From NCBI GenBank assembly GCA_035567995.1, contig DATMOZ010000161.1, positions 1 through 49,030 on the forward strand: 49,030 bases of DNA, written 5' to 3'. The notes below the pieces were generated by a model, which was not told the DNA's origin, made no database searches, and saw only the letters and a list, made by a program, of their open reading frames with translations. The DNA is from Acidobacteriaceae bacterium (GTDB lineage: Bacteria > Acidobacteriota > Terriglobia > Terriglobales > Acidobacteriaceae). This document shows, one piece after another, positions 29,424-39,449 of this stretch; the first letter of the stretch is position 1; each line of letters begins with the position of its first letter. Made by a program: the position numbers and the translations under genes.

Positions 29424-32400
29424 TTGCTCAAACTGAAAAAGCTACAGATTCTCGGCTTCAAGTCCTTTTGCGATCGCACAGATGTGGCGCTCGGCGGCGA
29501 CGGCATTGCTGCCATTGTCGGCCCAAACGGCTGTGGCAAGTCCAACATCGCAGACGCGATCAGCTGGGTGCTGGGCGAACAGTCTGCCAAGAGCCTGCGC
29601 AGTTCCAACATGCAGGACGTCATCTTCAACGGCACGCGCGACCGCAAGCCCACCGGCATGGCCGAAGTCTCCCTTACGCTGGTCGATCCCGATGTCTATG
29701 ACGGCGGCCCGCTGCTGTCAGAACCCGAAGTTGTTATCGACGATCTGAAGGCCAACGGCGATTGGGATGAATCCATCCTGCGCGCCCGCAGTGCAGAAGA
29801 GACAGAAGCCGCAATTCTAGAAGCGCAGCCCGGCCAGGTCATCGAAGAAGAGGAAGGCCCGGAAGTCTCTTCCGAAGCCGAGTCGGCCGACGGCACCCCC
29901 GCGGTCATCTTGAAGATTCGCCGCCGCAAGTTCAATCAAGCCCCGGTGCGCGCTGGCGAAATCACCGTGACCCGCAGACTCTTCCGCTCGGGCGACAGCG
30001 AGTATCTGCTGAACGGCAAACTCTGCCGCCTCGGAGACATCCGCGACATCTTCATGGGCACGGGTCTCGGCCCGGAATCCTACGCAATCATCGAGCAGGA
30101 CCGCATCCATCAGCTTCTCTCGAGCAAGCCGCACGACCGCCGCTCGATCATCGAAGAAGCCGCTGGCGTAACCCGCTTCAAGACAAAAAAGCGCCTCGCC
30201 GAATTGCGCCTCGAACAAGCGAAGCAGAACCTGTCGCGCATCAACGACATCTTCGACGAAGTAACGCGGCAGATGAATTCACTCAAACGCCAGGCCGCAA
30301 AGGCCGAACGCTACGCCGCCCTCCGTGACGAACTGCGCGCACGGCTGCACGTCGTGTTCGCCAGCAAGCTGACCCAGATGGACGCTGAGTCCGCTACCTT
30401 GTCGGTACAATCCGAATCGCTCGGCGCAGAAATCGAAGTCCACACGCAGCGCGTCACCAGCCTCGAAGCCGAACATGCCACCGGAATGACCCGCGGCTAC
30501 GAACTCGACGCCCTCGGGCAGGAGGCGACCGCTCGTGCCAACGCGGCCGCCGTAGAACTCGAACGCGCCGCTGCACGCACCGCCAGCAATATTGAACGCA
30601 TCGCTGAGCTGAATGCCCGCATCGCCGGCGGCCAGGCGGAACTCGAACAAGTCCGCGCGCAACTCACCGCCGCTGAAGAAGAGCGCAACACGCAGCAGGC
30701 GTTCCTCGCAGGAGCGGCCGCAGAAACGGCAGCCGGCCGCGAACAGGCGAGCCAGCAGCGCCAGCAATCTGCTACTGCGGCAAGTGCGGCAACCGCTGCT
30801 GAGCAGGAGCTGGAACGCGCACAGCGCGAAGGCATGCAGCTTGTCACGCAGGCATCGCAGGCGCGCAATGCGATCGCCCAGGCAGAAGAATCCCTCGCGA
30901 ATCTGGACGCAGACGCGGCGCGATTCGTTGCCGAAACCGATTCCCTGCGGCGGGAACTGGAGGCGCTCGGCGCAGAGCGCGGACAAACTTCGCTCGCGTT
31001 TGAATCTGTCACACAGCGGCTCACCCGTCTCGAAGCTGAGATTGGAACCCTGCGCAGTGACCTGAGCGCGCGCCGCATCGAGGAACAGGAAACGCGTCGC
31101 CGCGGCGACCAGTTGCGCGCCGAACAGGCGACTCTACTCGGACGACGGAGTTCCCTTGAAGCTTTGCTGCGCGAGCACAGCTACTCCACCGATACCGTTC
31201 GCCAGCTTTTCCGTGCGAACAGCATGGGCGGCAGTCTGACCCCCGCCGGGGTCCTTGCTGATTTTCTTGAAGTAGACCGGCAATACGAATCCGTCGTCGA
31301 CGAGTTCATGCGCGATGAGCTCAATTTCATCGTCGTAAAAAGCTGGGATGCTGCGCATGAAGGCATGCGCCTGCTAAAGAGCGACGTCGACGGACGCGCC
31401 ACTTTCCTCGTCCATCCGAACGATTCGCAAGCGAAATTTTCCTTCCTCGTCGACGACGCCGCTCCTCAGCCACCGCAGCGACAAGGTGTGGTGCAGTTGA
31501 AAGAGTGCATCCGTGTGCTCGATGGCTTCGGCAAGTCGCTCGAAGTCATTCTGCCCAAGCTGCGCGACGGCTTCGTCACGCCTGACAGCGAAACAGCACG
31601 CACTCTGGCGCTCGAAAATCCAGACGCCTTCTTCCTGTCGCCCAACGGCGAATGCTTCCACAACGTGACCGTCACCGGCGGCAAGCCGCGTGCCGAGGGC
31701 CCCCTCGCCCTCAAGCGTGAACTGCGCGAGGCGCAGCAGAAATTGGAAGCGGTCGATCGTGAACTGGCAGGCGCCGAGAGCGCAGCCACTGGGCTGTCGC
31801 ATGCTGTCGCAGAGCTGACGCGCACTCTGGACACCCGCACCGCGGAACTCCGCGAAGCGGAACGCGAATCAGCAAACGCCGGCGCTGCACTGCAGCAGAT
31901 GCACAACGAAGCCGGCCGCCTGGAGCGACGCCTCGAAGAACGCCTCCTCGAGATCGAGCGCAACAAAAACGCTGCGTCCCAGAAGCGCGAAGGGATGCAG
32001 CAGAATCGCGATCGCGCGGCAGATCTTGAATCTCAGCATGCGGCCGGCGAACAGCGGGTCGCCGACTTGCGGCTGCGTCTCGAAGGTCTCCGTGCAGAGC
32101 GCGACCATCTCCAGCAGCAAGCCGCCGCATCGGCTGCGGCACTGGCTGCACTCGAAGAGCGCCAGCGCGGAGCCGCCGCGAACGCTGACCGTCTGGAGCG
32201 TACCGTCGCAAGCCTCGGCCAGCGTGCGGGTCAGATGGAATCGCAACTCGCTTCGTCTGCCGGCGAGATCACGCAACGGACGCAGGAAAACGAGCAGCTT
32301 CAGTCACAGCAGCAGCAAACGCAGACGACTCGTGAATCAGCGCTCGCCGAAGCCGCTCGCGTTTCAACCGAAGCCACCGAACTTCGCGCCTCACTCACCG

Positions 32401-33275
32401 CGATAGAGCAGGACCTGCGCAGCCTGCGCCAGCGCACCGATGAACTGCGCGAGCAACGAAGCGCCGTCGTCGCGCATGCCGCGAAACTGTCCAGCGACAT
32501 CGAGCATCTCGAAGCGTCGTGCGTGACCGAACTCAACATGCCCGCAAGTGATCTGCGAGCGGAGCAGAATGTGAAACATCTCGCCGACGAATTGCTGCGC
32601 GAAGAAGACACTGCGTGCCAGAGTCTGCGGCAAAAACTCGAAGCCATGGGTCCCGTTAACATGATGGCGCTCGAGGAATATAAAGAAACCGCCGAGCGCC
32701 ACACCTTGCTCGAGACGCAGCGCCGAGACCTGGTCGAGTCGATCGAGAACACGCACTCCAGCATTCGTGAAATCGACCAGATCACACAGCAGAAGTTTGA
32801 AGAGGCCTTCGCGCGCATCAACGAAAACTTCAGCGTCACCTTCGCGAAGCTATTCGGCGGAGGCCAGGCCTTCATGCGCTTGACCGACGAAACCAATTCA
32901 GCCGAGAGTGGAATCGAGCTGGTCGCCTCGCCTCCGGGCAAACGGCCACAGAATGTTCTGCTGCTTTCGGGCGGCGAAAAATCACTGACCGCAGTTTCTC
33001 TGTTGCTCGGAATCTTCCAATACCAGCCCGCACCGTTCTGCGTGCTCGACGAAGTCGACGCGCCGCTCGACGAGACTAATGTGGGCCGGCTTGCCGATAT
33101 GCTCAAAGAAATGAGCGCGCAAACTCAGTTCGTCATGATCACTCACTCCAAGCGCACTATGACCGCCGCCGACATGATCTACGGCGTCACCATGCAGGAG
33201 CCTGGCGTATCTAAAATCGTTTCAGTGCGACTCGGCGGTCACGACGTGCGTCGAGCTGCGGCAGTGACGGCGTAA
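29424..33275 (+). CDS. smc: Chromosome segregation protein SMC
   Basis: TTG start preceded by AAAGGAG. N-terminal Walker A GPNGCGKSN, long Ala/Glu/Arg/Gln-rich coiled coils, a hinge region, and C-terminal LSGGEKSLTAVSLL...FCVLDEVDAPLD. Confidence 0.95.
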   Translation: MLKLKKLQILGFKSFCDRTDVALGGDGIAAIVGPNGCGKSNIADAISWVLGEQSAKSLRSSNMQDVIFNGTRDRKPTGMAEVSLTLVDPDVYDGGPLLSEPEVVIDDLKANGDWDESILRARSAEETEAAILEAQPGQVIEEEEGPEVSSEAESADGTPAVILKIRRRKFNQAPVRAGEITVTRRLFRSGDSEYLLNGKLCRLGDIRDIFMGTGLGPESYAIIEQDRIHQLLSSKPHDRRSIIEEAAGVTRFKTKKRLAELRLEQAKQNLSRINDIFDEVTRQMNSLKRQAAKAERYAALRDELRARLHVVFASKLTQMDAESATLSVQSESLGAEIEVHTQRVTSLEAEHATGMTRGYELDALGQEATARANAAAVELERAAARTASNIERIAELNARIAGGQAELEQVRAQLTAAEEERNTQQAFLAGAAAETAAGREQASQQRQQSATAASAATAAEQELERAQREGMQLVTQASQARNAIAQAEESLANLDADAARFVAETDSLRRELEALGAERGQTSLAFESVTQRLTRLEAEIGTLRSDLSARRIEEQETRRRGDQLRAEQATLLGRRSSLEALLREHSYSTDTVRQLFRANSMGGSLTPAGVLADFLEVDRQYESVVDEFMRDELNFIVVKSWDAAHEGMRLLKSDVDGRATFLVHPNDSQAKFSFLVDDAAPQPPQRQGVVQLKECIRVLDGFGKSLEVILPKLRDGFVTPDSETARTLALENPDAFFLSPNGECFHNVTVTGGKPRAEGPLALKRELREAQQKLEAVDRELAGAESAATGLSHAVAELTRTLDTRTAELREAERESANAGAALQQMHNEAGRLERRLEERLLEIERNKNAASQKREGMQQNRDRAADLESQHAAGEQRVADLRLRLEGLRAERDHLQQQAAASAAALAALEERQRGAAANADRLERTVASLGQRAGQMESQLASSAGEITQRTQENEQLQSQQQQTQTTRESALAEAARVSTEATELRASLTAIEQDLRSLRQRTDELREQRSAVVAHAAKLSSDIEHLEASCVTELNMPASDLRAEQNVKHLADELLREEDTACQSLRQKLEAMGPVNMMALEEYKETAERHTLLETQRRDLVESIENTHSSIREIDQITQQKFEEAFARINENFSVTFAKLFGGGQAFMRLTDETNSAESGIELVASPPGKRPQNVLLLSGGEKSLTAVSLLLGIFQYQPAPFCVLDEVDAPLDETNVGRLADMLKEMSAQTQFVMITHSKRTMTAADMIYGVTMQEPGVSKIVSVRLGGHDVRRAAAVTA

Positions 33276-33337
33276 GTTACCAGCGTTCGGTTACTCCAGC
33301 GAAGAAAGCTCTTGACACGCGCGCTTCACGCGTGATG

Positions 33338-33367
33338 ATGCGCGAAAAACATCGTATTTTCGCGCAT
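33338..33367 (+). terminator. Perfect 11 bp inverted repeat between smc and purC (possible smc terminator or operator)
   Basis: ATGCGCGAAAA-ACATCGTA-TTTTCGCGCAT. There is no clean U-tract after the stem, so the function is uncertain. Confidence 0.3.
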
Positions 33368-33377
33368 TCACGGTCCG

Positions 33378-33406
33378 TTGACAAAGCACCTGCGCGCTCC
33401 CACAAT
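33378..33406 (+). promoter_or_regulatory. Candidate promoter for purC
   Basis: TTGACA (33378-33383), a 17 nt spacer, then CACAAT (33401-33406). Confidence 0.3.
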
Positions 33407-33441
33407 CAAGACTTCACTACGCCGAAGGAATTCCGACCGAA

Positions 33442-34338
33442 GTGCCCGATACCCTTATTGAAACCGACTTTGCTGACTTGAAGCTGTACGCTCGCGGCAA
33501 AGTGAGAGACCTCTACAACGTCAGCGATCAATTGCTGCTCGTTGCGACGGACCGTATATCAGCCTTCGATCACGTGCTCGGCACCGGCATTCCTGACAAG
33601 GGACGCGTCCTTACGCAGATTTCTCTCTTCTGGTTCCGCCTGCTCGAGAGCATCGTGCCGAACCACCTGATCACCGCAAATGTTGACGAGTATCCCGAAG
33701 AACTGCAGCGTCACGCCGATGCGCTTCGCGGTCGCTCGATGCTCGTCGCAAACGCCCAGATGTTTCCCGTCGAGTGCGTTGTGCGCGGCTACCTCTCGGG
33801 CTCCGGTTGGAAGGACTATCAGGCGACTGGTGATGTGTGTGGGATTTCGCTGCCGAAAGGCTTGAAAGAATCCGATCGTTTGCCGGAGCCGCTGTTCACG
33901 CCGGCGACCAAGAGCGCGGATGGCGAGCACGACGAGAATATTTCCTTCGCTCAAATGGAATCCCGCGTCGGCAAACAGACAGCCGCGAAGCTGCGCGATC
34001 TCAGCCTGCAGATTTACGCGCTTGCGTCGCAATATGCCGAAGGACGCGGCCTGATTCTGGCAGACACCAAGTTTGAGTTCGGCCGCACCCCCAGGGGCAT
34101 CATCCTGGCAGATGAAGTGTTGACGCCGGATTCCTCGCGCTACTGGCCCCGCGATACTTACAACCCCGGTGGGCCGCAGCAGTCTTTTGATAAGCAGTTT
34201 GTCCGCGATTATTTGGAAAGCATCCGTTGGAACAAGCAGGCACCGGCACCGTCGTTGCCGGAAAATGTGGTCGAGCGTACACGCGAGAAGTACCTTGAGG
34301 CCTTTCGTTTACTGACTGGCCACAATCGATTGGAGTAG
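33442..34338 (+). CDS. purC: Phosphoribosylaminoimidazole-succinocarboxamide (SAICAR) synthase
   Basis: Carries [20 protein letters not shown] and [13 protein letters not shown] start. Confidence 0.95.
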   Translation: MPDTLIETDFADLKLYARGKVRDLYNVSDQLLLVATDRISAFDHVLGTGIPDKGRVLTQISLFWFRLLESIVPNHLITANVDEYPEELQRHADALRGRSMLVANAQMFPVECVVRGYLSGSGWKDYQATGDVCGISLPKGLKESDRLPEPLFTPATKSADGEHDENISFAQMESRVGKQTAAKLRDLSLQIYALASQYAEGRGLILADTKFEFGRTPRGIILADEVLTPDSSRYWPRDTYNPGGPQQSFDKQFVRDYLESIRWNKQAPAPSLPENVVERTREKYLEAFRLLTGHNRLE

Positions 34339-34346
34339 CCGCAGAC

Positions 34347-34871
34347 ATGGCGCCCATTGACTGGGCCATCGTTGCGCTTCTGTTGTTTTCGACCGTCGCC
34401 GCTTTACTTCGCGGCATATTGTTGGAGATTTTTTCGTTAGCCGGTTTGATTGTCGGTGCATTCGTAGCTGGGTGGCAGTACGATAACTTTTCCCCGTTGT
34501 TGCTTCACGTCGGACTGGGCAAAAACGCCGCTGATGCAGTCGCGTTTCTGCTCATCGCCTTCGGCGTCGCGATTCTCGTGTCGCTGTTGGGCAGGTTGTT
34601 GCGAGGTGTAATTCGCGGAGTCGGGCTGGGTTGGGTTGACCGTCTGCTCGGGGCCGCATTCGGATTCCTGCGAGGAGCGGTAGTCGTAGTCATTGCCGCG
34701 ATGGCGACTACAGCCTTCTTCCCGCATCGCGTCTGGATGCAGAACTCGAGGCTGTTACCCTACCTTATCCAGGCTTCGAATCCGGTCGAGCAGTTGTTCC
34801 CCGCCACACTGCGCGACAAATTAAATGCGGGCCGTGTTTGGATCGATCCGGCATACAAGCCGGCACGATGA
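34347..34871 (+). CDS. cvpA: CvpA-family membrane protein
   Basis: Carries DWAIVALLLFSTVAALLRGILLEIFSLAGLIVGAFVA and has 4 TM segments. It is linked to a purine gene, as cvpA is in other bacteria. Confidence 0.8.
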   Translation: MAPIDWAIVALLLFSTVAALLRGILLEIFSLAGLIVGAFVAGWQYDNFSPLLLHVGLGKNAADAVAFLLIAFGVAILVSLLGRLLRGVIRGVGLGWVDRLLGAAFGFLRGAVVVVIAAMATTAFFPHRVWMQNSRLLPYLIQASNPVEQLFPATLRDKLNAGRVWIDPAYKPAR

Positions 34872-35245
34872 AGTCGCAAAGTTTGTGCTTGTTTGAAAAG
34901 GCACCGCACAACGCGGTGCGGAATCCATGGTTGTGCCGGCAAATCCGGCAGATTGAGGCAAGCGTGAGACGAGAACTCGATAGCCTGGTCGTGCAGATGT
35001 ACGCCGGCGGAATCACGTATGACGACGCCGTGCGTGAGTTCAAGAAGGCCTACATCCTCGAAGTGCTGTCACACCACAAAGGCAACCAGTGCAAAGCCGC
35101 CGCTGAATTGGGAATGCATCGCAATACCCTTTCGCGAACTATCAGCGAGTTGAAGATAAATCCCGCCCAGGTGCGCATGGACCTCAAGCGCCCTCCACGC
35201 AGTGAACGCTCAGCTCCGGTGCGCATCGTCGCGTCCCGCCCATAG
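34868..35245 (+). CDS. Small Fis-type helix-turn-helix DNA-binding protein
   Basis: C-terminal GNQCKAAAELGMHRNTLSRTISEL is a Fis/NtrC-type HTH. Its ATG overlaps the cvpA stop (ATGA). Confidence 0.7.
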   Translation: MKSQSLCLFEKAPHNAVRNPWLCRQIRQIEASVRRELDSLVVQMYAGGITYDDAVREFKKAYILEVLSHHKGNQCKAAAELGMHRNTLSRTISELKINPAQVRMDLKRPPRSERSAPVRIVASRP

Positions 35246-35331
35246 TTCGCCGGTGTCCGCGACGCGAGGCTGCTTTCAACCTGTTTCCCAGTCTCTTGAG
35301 CATTTTGACGCATCGCCGCGTCCATAGAACT

Positions 35332-37182
35332 ATGCCCCTGCGCTCTACCCGCCATGCTCCCTGCTGCCTTCTCCTGGTGGCATCGCTGGCGTGTGCTCAG
35401 GTCACGGCCCCGCCTGTTGTACCCGCTCCGCCTCCATCGAAGAAGGACGCAAAGAAGGCCGCGAAGCTATTCAAAAGCGGATCGAAGGATCTCGCAGCCA
35501 ACAAGTTGCCCAAGGCCGAAGAGGAACTCGAGCAAGCGGTGCAGCTTGACCCGACGCGCATTCAGTACCAGGCTGCCCTCGATCTGACGCGCTCACACAT
35601 GGTCACAAATCTTGTGCGAGCGGCAGAAAAAGATCGCGCCGCCGGCAACAGCGTTGGCGCTGCTGCCAAACTGCAACAGGCCCATCAGCTCGACCCTGAG
35701 AATCCGACCGTCAACACACTGATGTCGGCGATGTCTCAGGCGATTGTTGTTGCCAAGGAGGATGCTGCGCCGATCGCCATTATCAGCGGCATAAGCCCTA
35801 CGTTGCACCCCCGCAATGTACGGCAAAGCTTTCACAGGCGCGGCTTGCCGTCCCAGCTAATCCACGACGCTCTCCTTCCCTACGGAGTAACGCCGATCAT
35901 CGACGACTCTGTTCCGCGGGCTTCCATCCGCGTCGAGCTTGATGACGCGACGTACACAGAAACGGCCCAGGCTCTCAAGATGCTCACCGGAACATTTTTT
36001 GTTCCGCTTGATGAGACGCACGTCATCGTAGCCAAAGACTCACGCGAGAAACACACTCAGTTCGATCGCATCCTGGCTGAAGACATCAGGTTGCCAGGTA
36101 CGCCAGCCGCGGAGATGAATGACCTGACGACACTGCTGAGGAGCCTCTTCGATCTCAGGCAGATTTTCACAAGCCCGGATCGGGGAGCAATTTCGATCCG
36201 TGGAACCGAAGCTCAGCTCGACCGCGTGAATAAGACGATCGCAGATCTTGTAGCCACCAAAGGTCAGGTGCTCCTCGACATGCGTCTCTACCAGATCAGC
36301 AAGCAGCGCACAACGAACATCGGAGTTCAGCTCCCGACCAGCGCGACTCTATTCAACATACCGTCTGAGGTCCAAAAGCTCGTCAGCCAGAACCCTGGGC
36401 TAATCGATCAGCTCGTCGCGGCCGGTCTCGTCAATCCAGGCGACACCGCTGCCATCGCTGCCCTGCTCGTCGCCTTCGGACTGGCTGGAAATTCCATATT
36501 AGCTCAGCCGTTCGCGGCGTTCGGCGGCGGTCTGACTTTGACCGGGTACAACTTCGGGCCGGCCACGCTGAACTTGCAATTGAATCAATCAGAAGCGCGC
36601 GAGCTCGACACGATTCAACTTCGCCTGGCCGACCAGGACACTGCCACGCTGCGCAGCGGTACGCGCTATCCGATCATTACCGGCAGCTATTCAAACCTCG
36701 CCGCTCCAAGCAACTTGCCCCCAGCGCTTCAGTCGCTCCTCGGCACATCAGCCGGCTCTGTAAATACCAATGTCGTGGCAGCGCCGCCGCAGATCGAGTA
36801 TCAAGACCTTGGGTTGACGCTGAAAGCCACTCCGCGTGTCGATCGGGACGGCATCGTGCATATGAAGCTCGAGTTCACGCTTCTGTCGCTGACAGGTCAG
36901 GCATCAAACGGCATCCCCATACTCACAAGCCGGCAGTTCACCTCAAATGCTTCTACGAAAGACGGCGACACCGTCATGTTGTTGTCTACGTTGACGCGGC
37001 AGGAGTCCCGCGCACTGAGCGGCATTCCGGGCGTCAGCGAAATACCAGGAGCAGGTTTCAACACCAACCACCAACGTCAATTCGACACGACGGATCTTGT
37101 AATGGTGATCACCCCGCATATCGTGCGCAAGGCGCACACAGAAATGTCAGCGCCAATGATCATGATCGAGCCGCACAGCTAA
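35332..37182 (+). CDS. Secretin-family outer-membrane protein (type II/III secretion / pilus secretin-like) with an N-terminal TPR-like region
   Basis: Signal-like MPLRSTRHAPCCLLLVASLACAQ. The C-terminal segment LSGIPGVSEIPGAGFNTN......DLVMVITPHIV is the typical secretin tail. Confidence 0.7.
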   Translation: MPLRSTRHAPCCLLLVASLACAQVTAPPVVPAPPPSKKDAKKAAKLFKSGSKDLAANKLPKAEEELEQAVQLDPTRIQYQAALDLTRSHMVTNLVRAAEKDRAAGNSVGAAAKLQQAHQLDPENPTVNTLMSAMSQAIVVAKEDAAPIAIISGISPTLHPRNVRQSFHRRGLPSQLIHDALLPYGVTPIIDDSVPRASIRVELDDATYTETAQALKMLTGTFFVPLDETHVIVAKDSREKHTQFDRILAEDIRLPGTPAAEMNDLTTLLRSLFDLRQIFTSPDRGAISIRGTEAQLDRVNKTIADLVATKGQVLLDMRLYQISKQRTTNIGVQLPTSATLFNIPSEVQKLVSQNPGLIDQLVAAGLVNPGDTAAIAALLVAFGLAGNSILAQPFAAFGGGLTLTGYNFGPATLNLQLNQSEARELDTIQLRLADQDTATLRSGTRYPIITGSYSNLAAPSNLPPALQSLLGTSAGSVNTNVVAAPPQIEYQDLGLTLKATPRVDRDGIVHMKLEFTLLSLTGQASNGIPILTSRQFTSNASTKDGDTVMLLSTLTRQESRALSGIPGVSEIPGAGFNTNHQRQFDTTDLVMVITPHIVRKAHTEMSAPMIMIEPHS

Positions 37183-37189
37183 TCGCCTC

Positions 37190-37558
37190 TCACTGCGAAG
37201 CGGCATGCCCCGCGGCAGGAGCCGGCACCGTATAAATTACCTCGCCCGGCCGCGCATAGTGCAACTGCTCTCGCGCCTCATGCTCAATCGCATCCGGATC
37301 GCTCTTCAGCCGCTCGACGTGCGCTTTCAACCGCGCGTTTTGCTGTCTTGAGACTTCCAGTTGCTCATCGAGCATCTTCGCCTCTTTGCGTTTCGCCTCA
37401 TACGCGGTGATGCCGTTCTGACCGAACATCACGTGATAACCGATCAAAGCGGCCAGGCCGAGCGCCGCTGCTGTTGCAATTTTGCGGCGCGAGCGAAATG
37501 CCAGCGCCGCAATTCCCTTGCCGCGTTCTTCCGGCGGATTGTTCGTCAACTGCGTCAT
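37190..37558 (-). CDS. ftsB: Septum formation initiator (FtsB/DivIC family)
   Basis: A single TM segment followed by a coiled coil (...LDEQLEVSRQQNARLKAHVERLKSDPDAIEHEAREQLHYARPGEVIY). Confidence 0.8.
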   Translation of the reverse strand: MTQLTNNPPEERGKGIAALAFRSRRKIATAAALGLAALIGYHVMFGQNGITAYEAKRKEAKMLDEQLEVSRQQNARLKAHVERLKSDPDAIEHEAREQLHYARPGEVIYTVPAPAAGHAASQ

Positions 37559-37561
37559 CGC

Positions 37562-38962
37562 TTATCCCATCACCCAATCCCGCGCCGCTTTGGTCAGCGC
37601 GGCGGAATCTCTTTCGCTGCGAGCTTCTGTATATGCGCGCACCACCGGCTCGGTCCCGCTCAGCCGGTAACAGACCCACGACCCGTCGTCAAAGATCAGC
37701 TTCAGTCCATCTGTACGAACAACCGAAGCGACCTTGCGACCCGCAAGCTCGGTCGGGTCTTTCTTTATCTTCTCAGTGAACTTACCTTTCACCTCCGGCG
37801 TCAATCGAAAGTTCTCTCTTACCGGGTAGAAGGAACCTACTTCGTCAAATAGCGCATGCAGTTGCTCCTTCAGCGTCTTGCCTCTGCGCGCAACCATCTC
37901 CGTGACAAGCAGGCCGGCAATCACACCGTCTTTCTCAGGAACATGCCCGCGAATGGTCAGGCCAGCGCTTTCTTCTCCTCCAATGATGATCTCGTCTTTC
38001 AGGATCAACTCGCCGATGTACTTGAACCCGACTGGAGTTTCGTACAGCGGGATGCCGCGCTTCTCCGCAATCGCATTGATCAGATTTGTCGTAGCGACTG
38101 ACTTCGCCACACCGTTCTTCCATCCACGCGTCTCGACCAGGTAGTCGAGCAGCAGCGCGATGATATAGTTCGGCTGCACGAACGTTCCGTCTGCATCCAC
38201 AATGCCGAAGCGGTCTGCATCGCCATCCGTCGCGATCCCGATCTTCGCTCCTGTCTCGCGCATCTTCACTCTGCACGTTTCCAGCAGATGATCATCCGGC
38301 TCGGGAGCGTGCCCGCCGAACAGCACATCGCGCGTGTCATGCACCGTTGCCACTTCAACCCCGGCAGAACGCAGCAATTCGTCGGAATACCCGCGCGCCG
38401 CGCCCCAGAACGGATCGAAGACAACTTTGATCCCCGACTGCTTGATCACCTTCAGATCGACCAGCTCGGCCAGCCGCTTCAGATAAGGCTCTTTGACGCT
38501 GGTCTGCTCGAACTTTTCCGTCGCGCCCGCCGGCTTCACATCCTCTTCGGTCAGACTCGCGATAAAGCTCTCGATCTTGCCGGTCGCCTCAGGCAACGCC
38601 GGCGCGCCATCCGGAGTCGAGTACTTGATGCCGTTGTATTCCGGCGGATTATGCGACGCCGTGAAGTTAATGCTGCCCTGCGTCTTCAGTGTGATCACCC
38701 CATACGAAATGGCGGGCGTCGGTGCGGGGTCAGGAATCACGATCGGCGTCACGCCATGTTTCACCAGCAAGCGCGCGGCCTCGGCGACAAATACCTCTCC
38801 CATGAATCTCGGATCACGTCCAACCAGCAAGCGCTTCTCGCTGGGTAAAGTTTTCACAAACTTTGCGATGCCGGCGACCGCGCGCCGAATATTTGCCATC
38901 GTGAAATCTTCTGCCACGATTGCCCGCCAGCCTGATGTTCCGAACTTGATCTCCGCTGCCAT
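37562..38962 (-). CDS. Phosphoglucomutase/phosphomannomutase family protein
   Basis: Starts at internal ATG 38962 (MAAEIKFGTSGWRA), preceded by GGAGGAAG. Active-site motif FTASHNPPEYNGIK and metal loop ATDGDADR. Confidence 0.9.
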   Translation of the reverse strand: MAAEIKFGTSGWRAIVAEDFTMANIRRAVAGIAKFVKTLPSEKRLLVGRDPRFMGEVFVAEAARLLVKHGVTPIVIPDPAPTPAISYGVITLKTQGSINFTASHNPPEYNGIKYSTPDGAPALPEATGKIESFIASLTEEDVKPAGATEKFEQTSVKEPYLKRLAELVDLKVIKQSGIKVVFDPFWGAARGYSDELLRSAGVEVATVHDTRDVLFGGHAPEPDDHLLETCRVKMRETGAKIGIATDGDADRFGIVDADGTFVQPNYIIALLLDYLVETRGWKNGVAKSVATTNLINAIAEKRGIPLYETPVGFKYIGELILKDEIIIGGEESAGLTIRGHVPEKDGVIAGLLVTEMVARRGKTLKEQLHALFDEVGSFYPVRENFRLTPEVKGKFTEKIKKDPTELAGRKVASVVRTDGLKLIFDDGSWVCYRLSGTEPVVRAYTEARSERDSAALTKAARDWVMG

Positions 38963-39032
38963 TCTTCCTCCCGCTTTCTGATGCCTTTCTGAGCTACCGC
39001 AAAAGCATACTCGCGCTTTGCTCGGGTGTGAG

Positions 39033-39392
39033 ATGCTTTCCGAAATGAGCGCCGACATCACCGAATTCGACACAACTTCCATCCGGCTTGCGGTGACTAC
39101 CGTTGGCGGCCGCACCGAAGCCGAGGCGCTCGCAACGGCCCTGGTCGAGCGCAAACTCGCCGCCTGCGTCAATATCGTCGGCCCAATCCAGTCCGTCTAT
39201 CGTTGGCAAGGCGATGTCGAACGCGCCGAGGAATTCCTGCTGCTCATCAAGACCGACACCGCTCGCCTTAGCCCGCTTGAGCACGCCGTACACGAGATGC
39301 ACAGCTATGACACGCCAGAGTTTCTCGTCTTTGAAGTCGCCGGCGCAGCCGAGGCATACGCCACCTGGCTCCTTGATTCTCTGACCCGATAA
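39033..39392 (+). CDS. cutA: Divalent-cation tolerance protein CutA
   Basis: Carries LAACVNIVGPIQSVYRWQGDVERAEEFLLLIKT...HSYDTPEF. The start is ambiguous (TTG 39018, ATG 39033 or ATG 39045). Confidence 0.85.
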   Translation: MLSEMSADITEFDTTSIRLAVTTVGGRTEAEALATALVERKLAACVNIVGPIQSVYRWQGDVERAEEFLLLIKTDTARLSPLEHAVHEMHSYDTPEFLVFEVAGAAEAYATWLLDSLTR

Positions 39393-39449
39393 CGCTGCGA
39401 TAGAGGTCCGCCCTCGCAGCAGTTTGGTATTCTGCTGCATGGTCAAACA

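Noticed and set aside
30279-33106. Several long antisense or off-frame ORFs inside smc (for example 30279..30986, 30497..31078 and 32300..33106, all on the minus strand).
   Set aside because: They are Arg/Ala/Ser/Cys-rich with low complexity. That is typical of non-coding frames opposite a GC-rich, Ala/Glu/Gln-rich coiled-coil gene. The smc frame carries unmistakable motifs.
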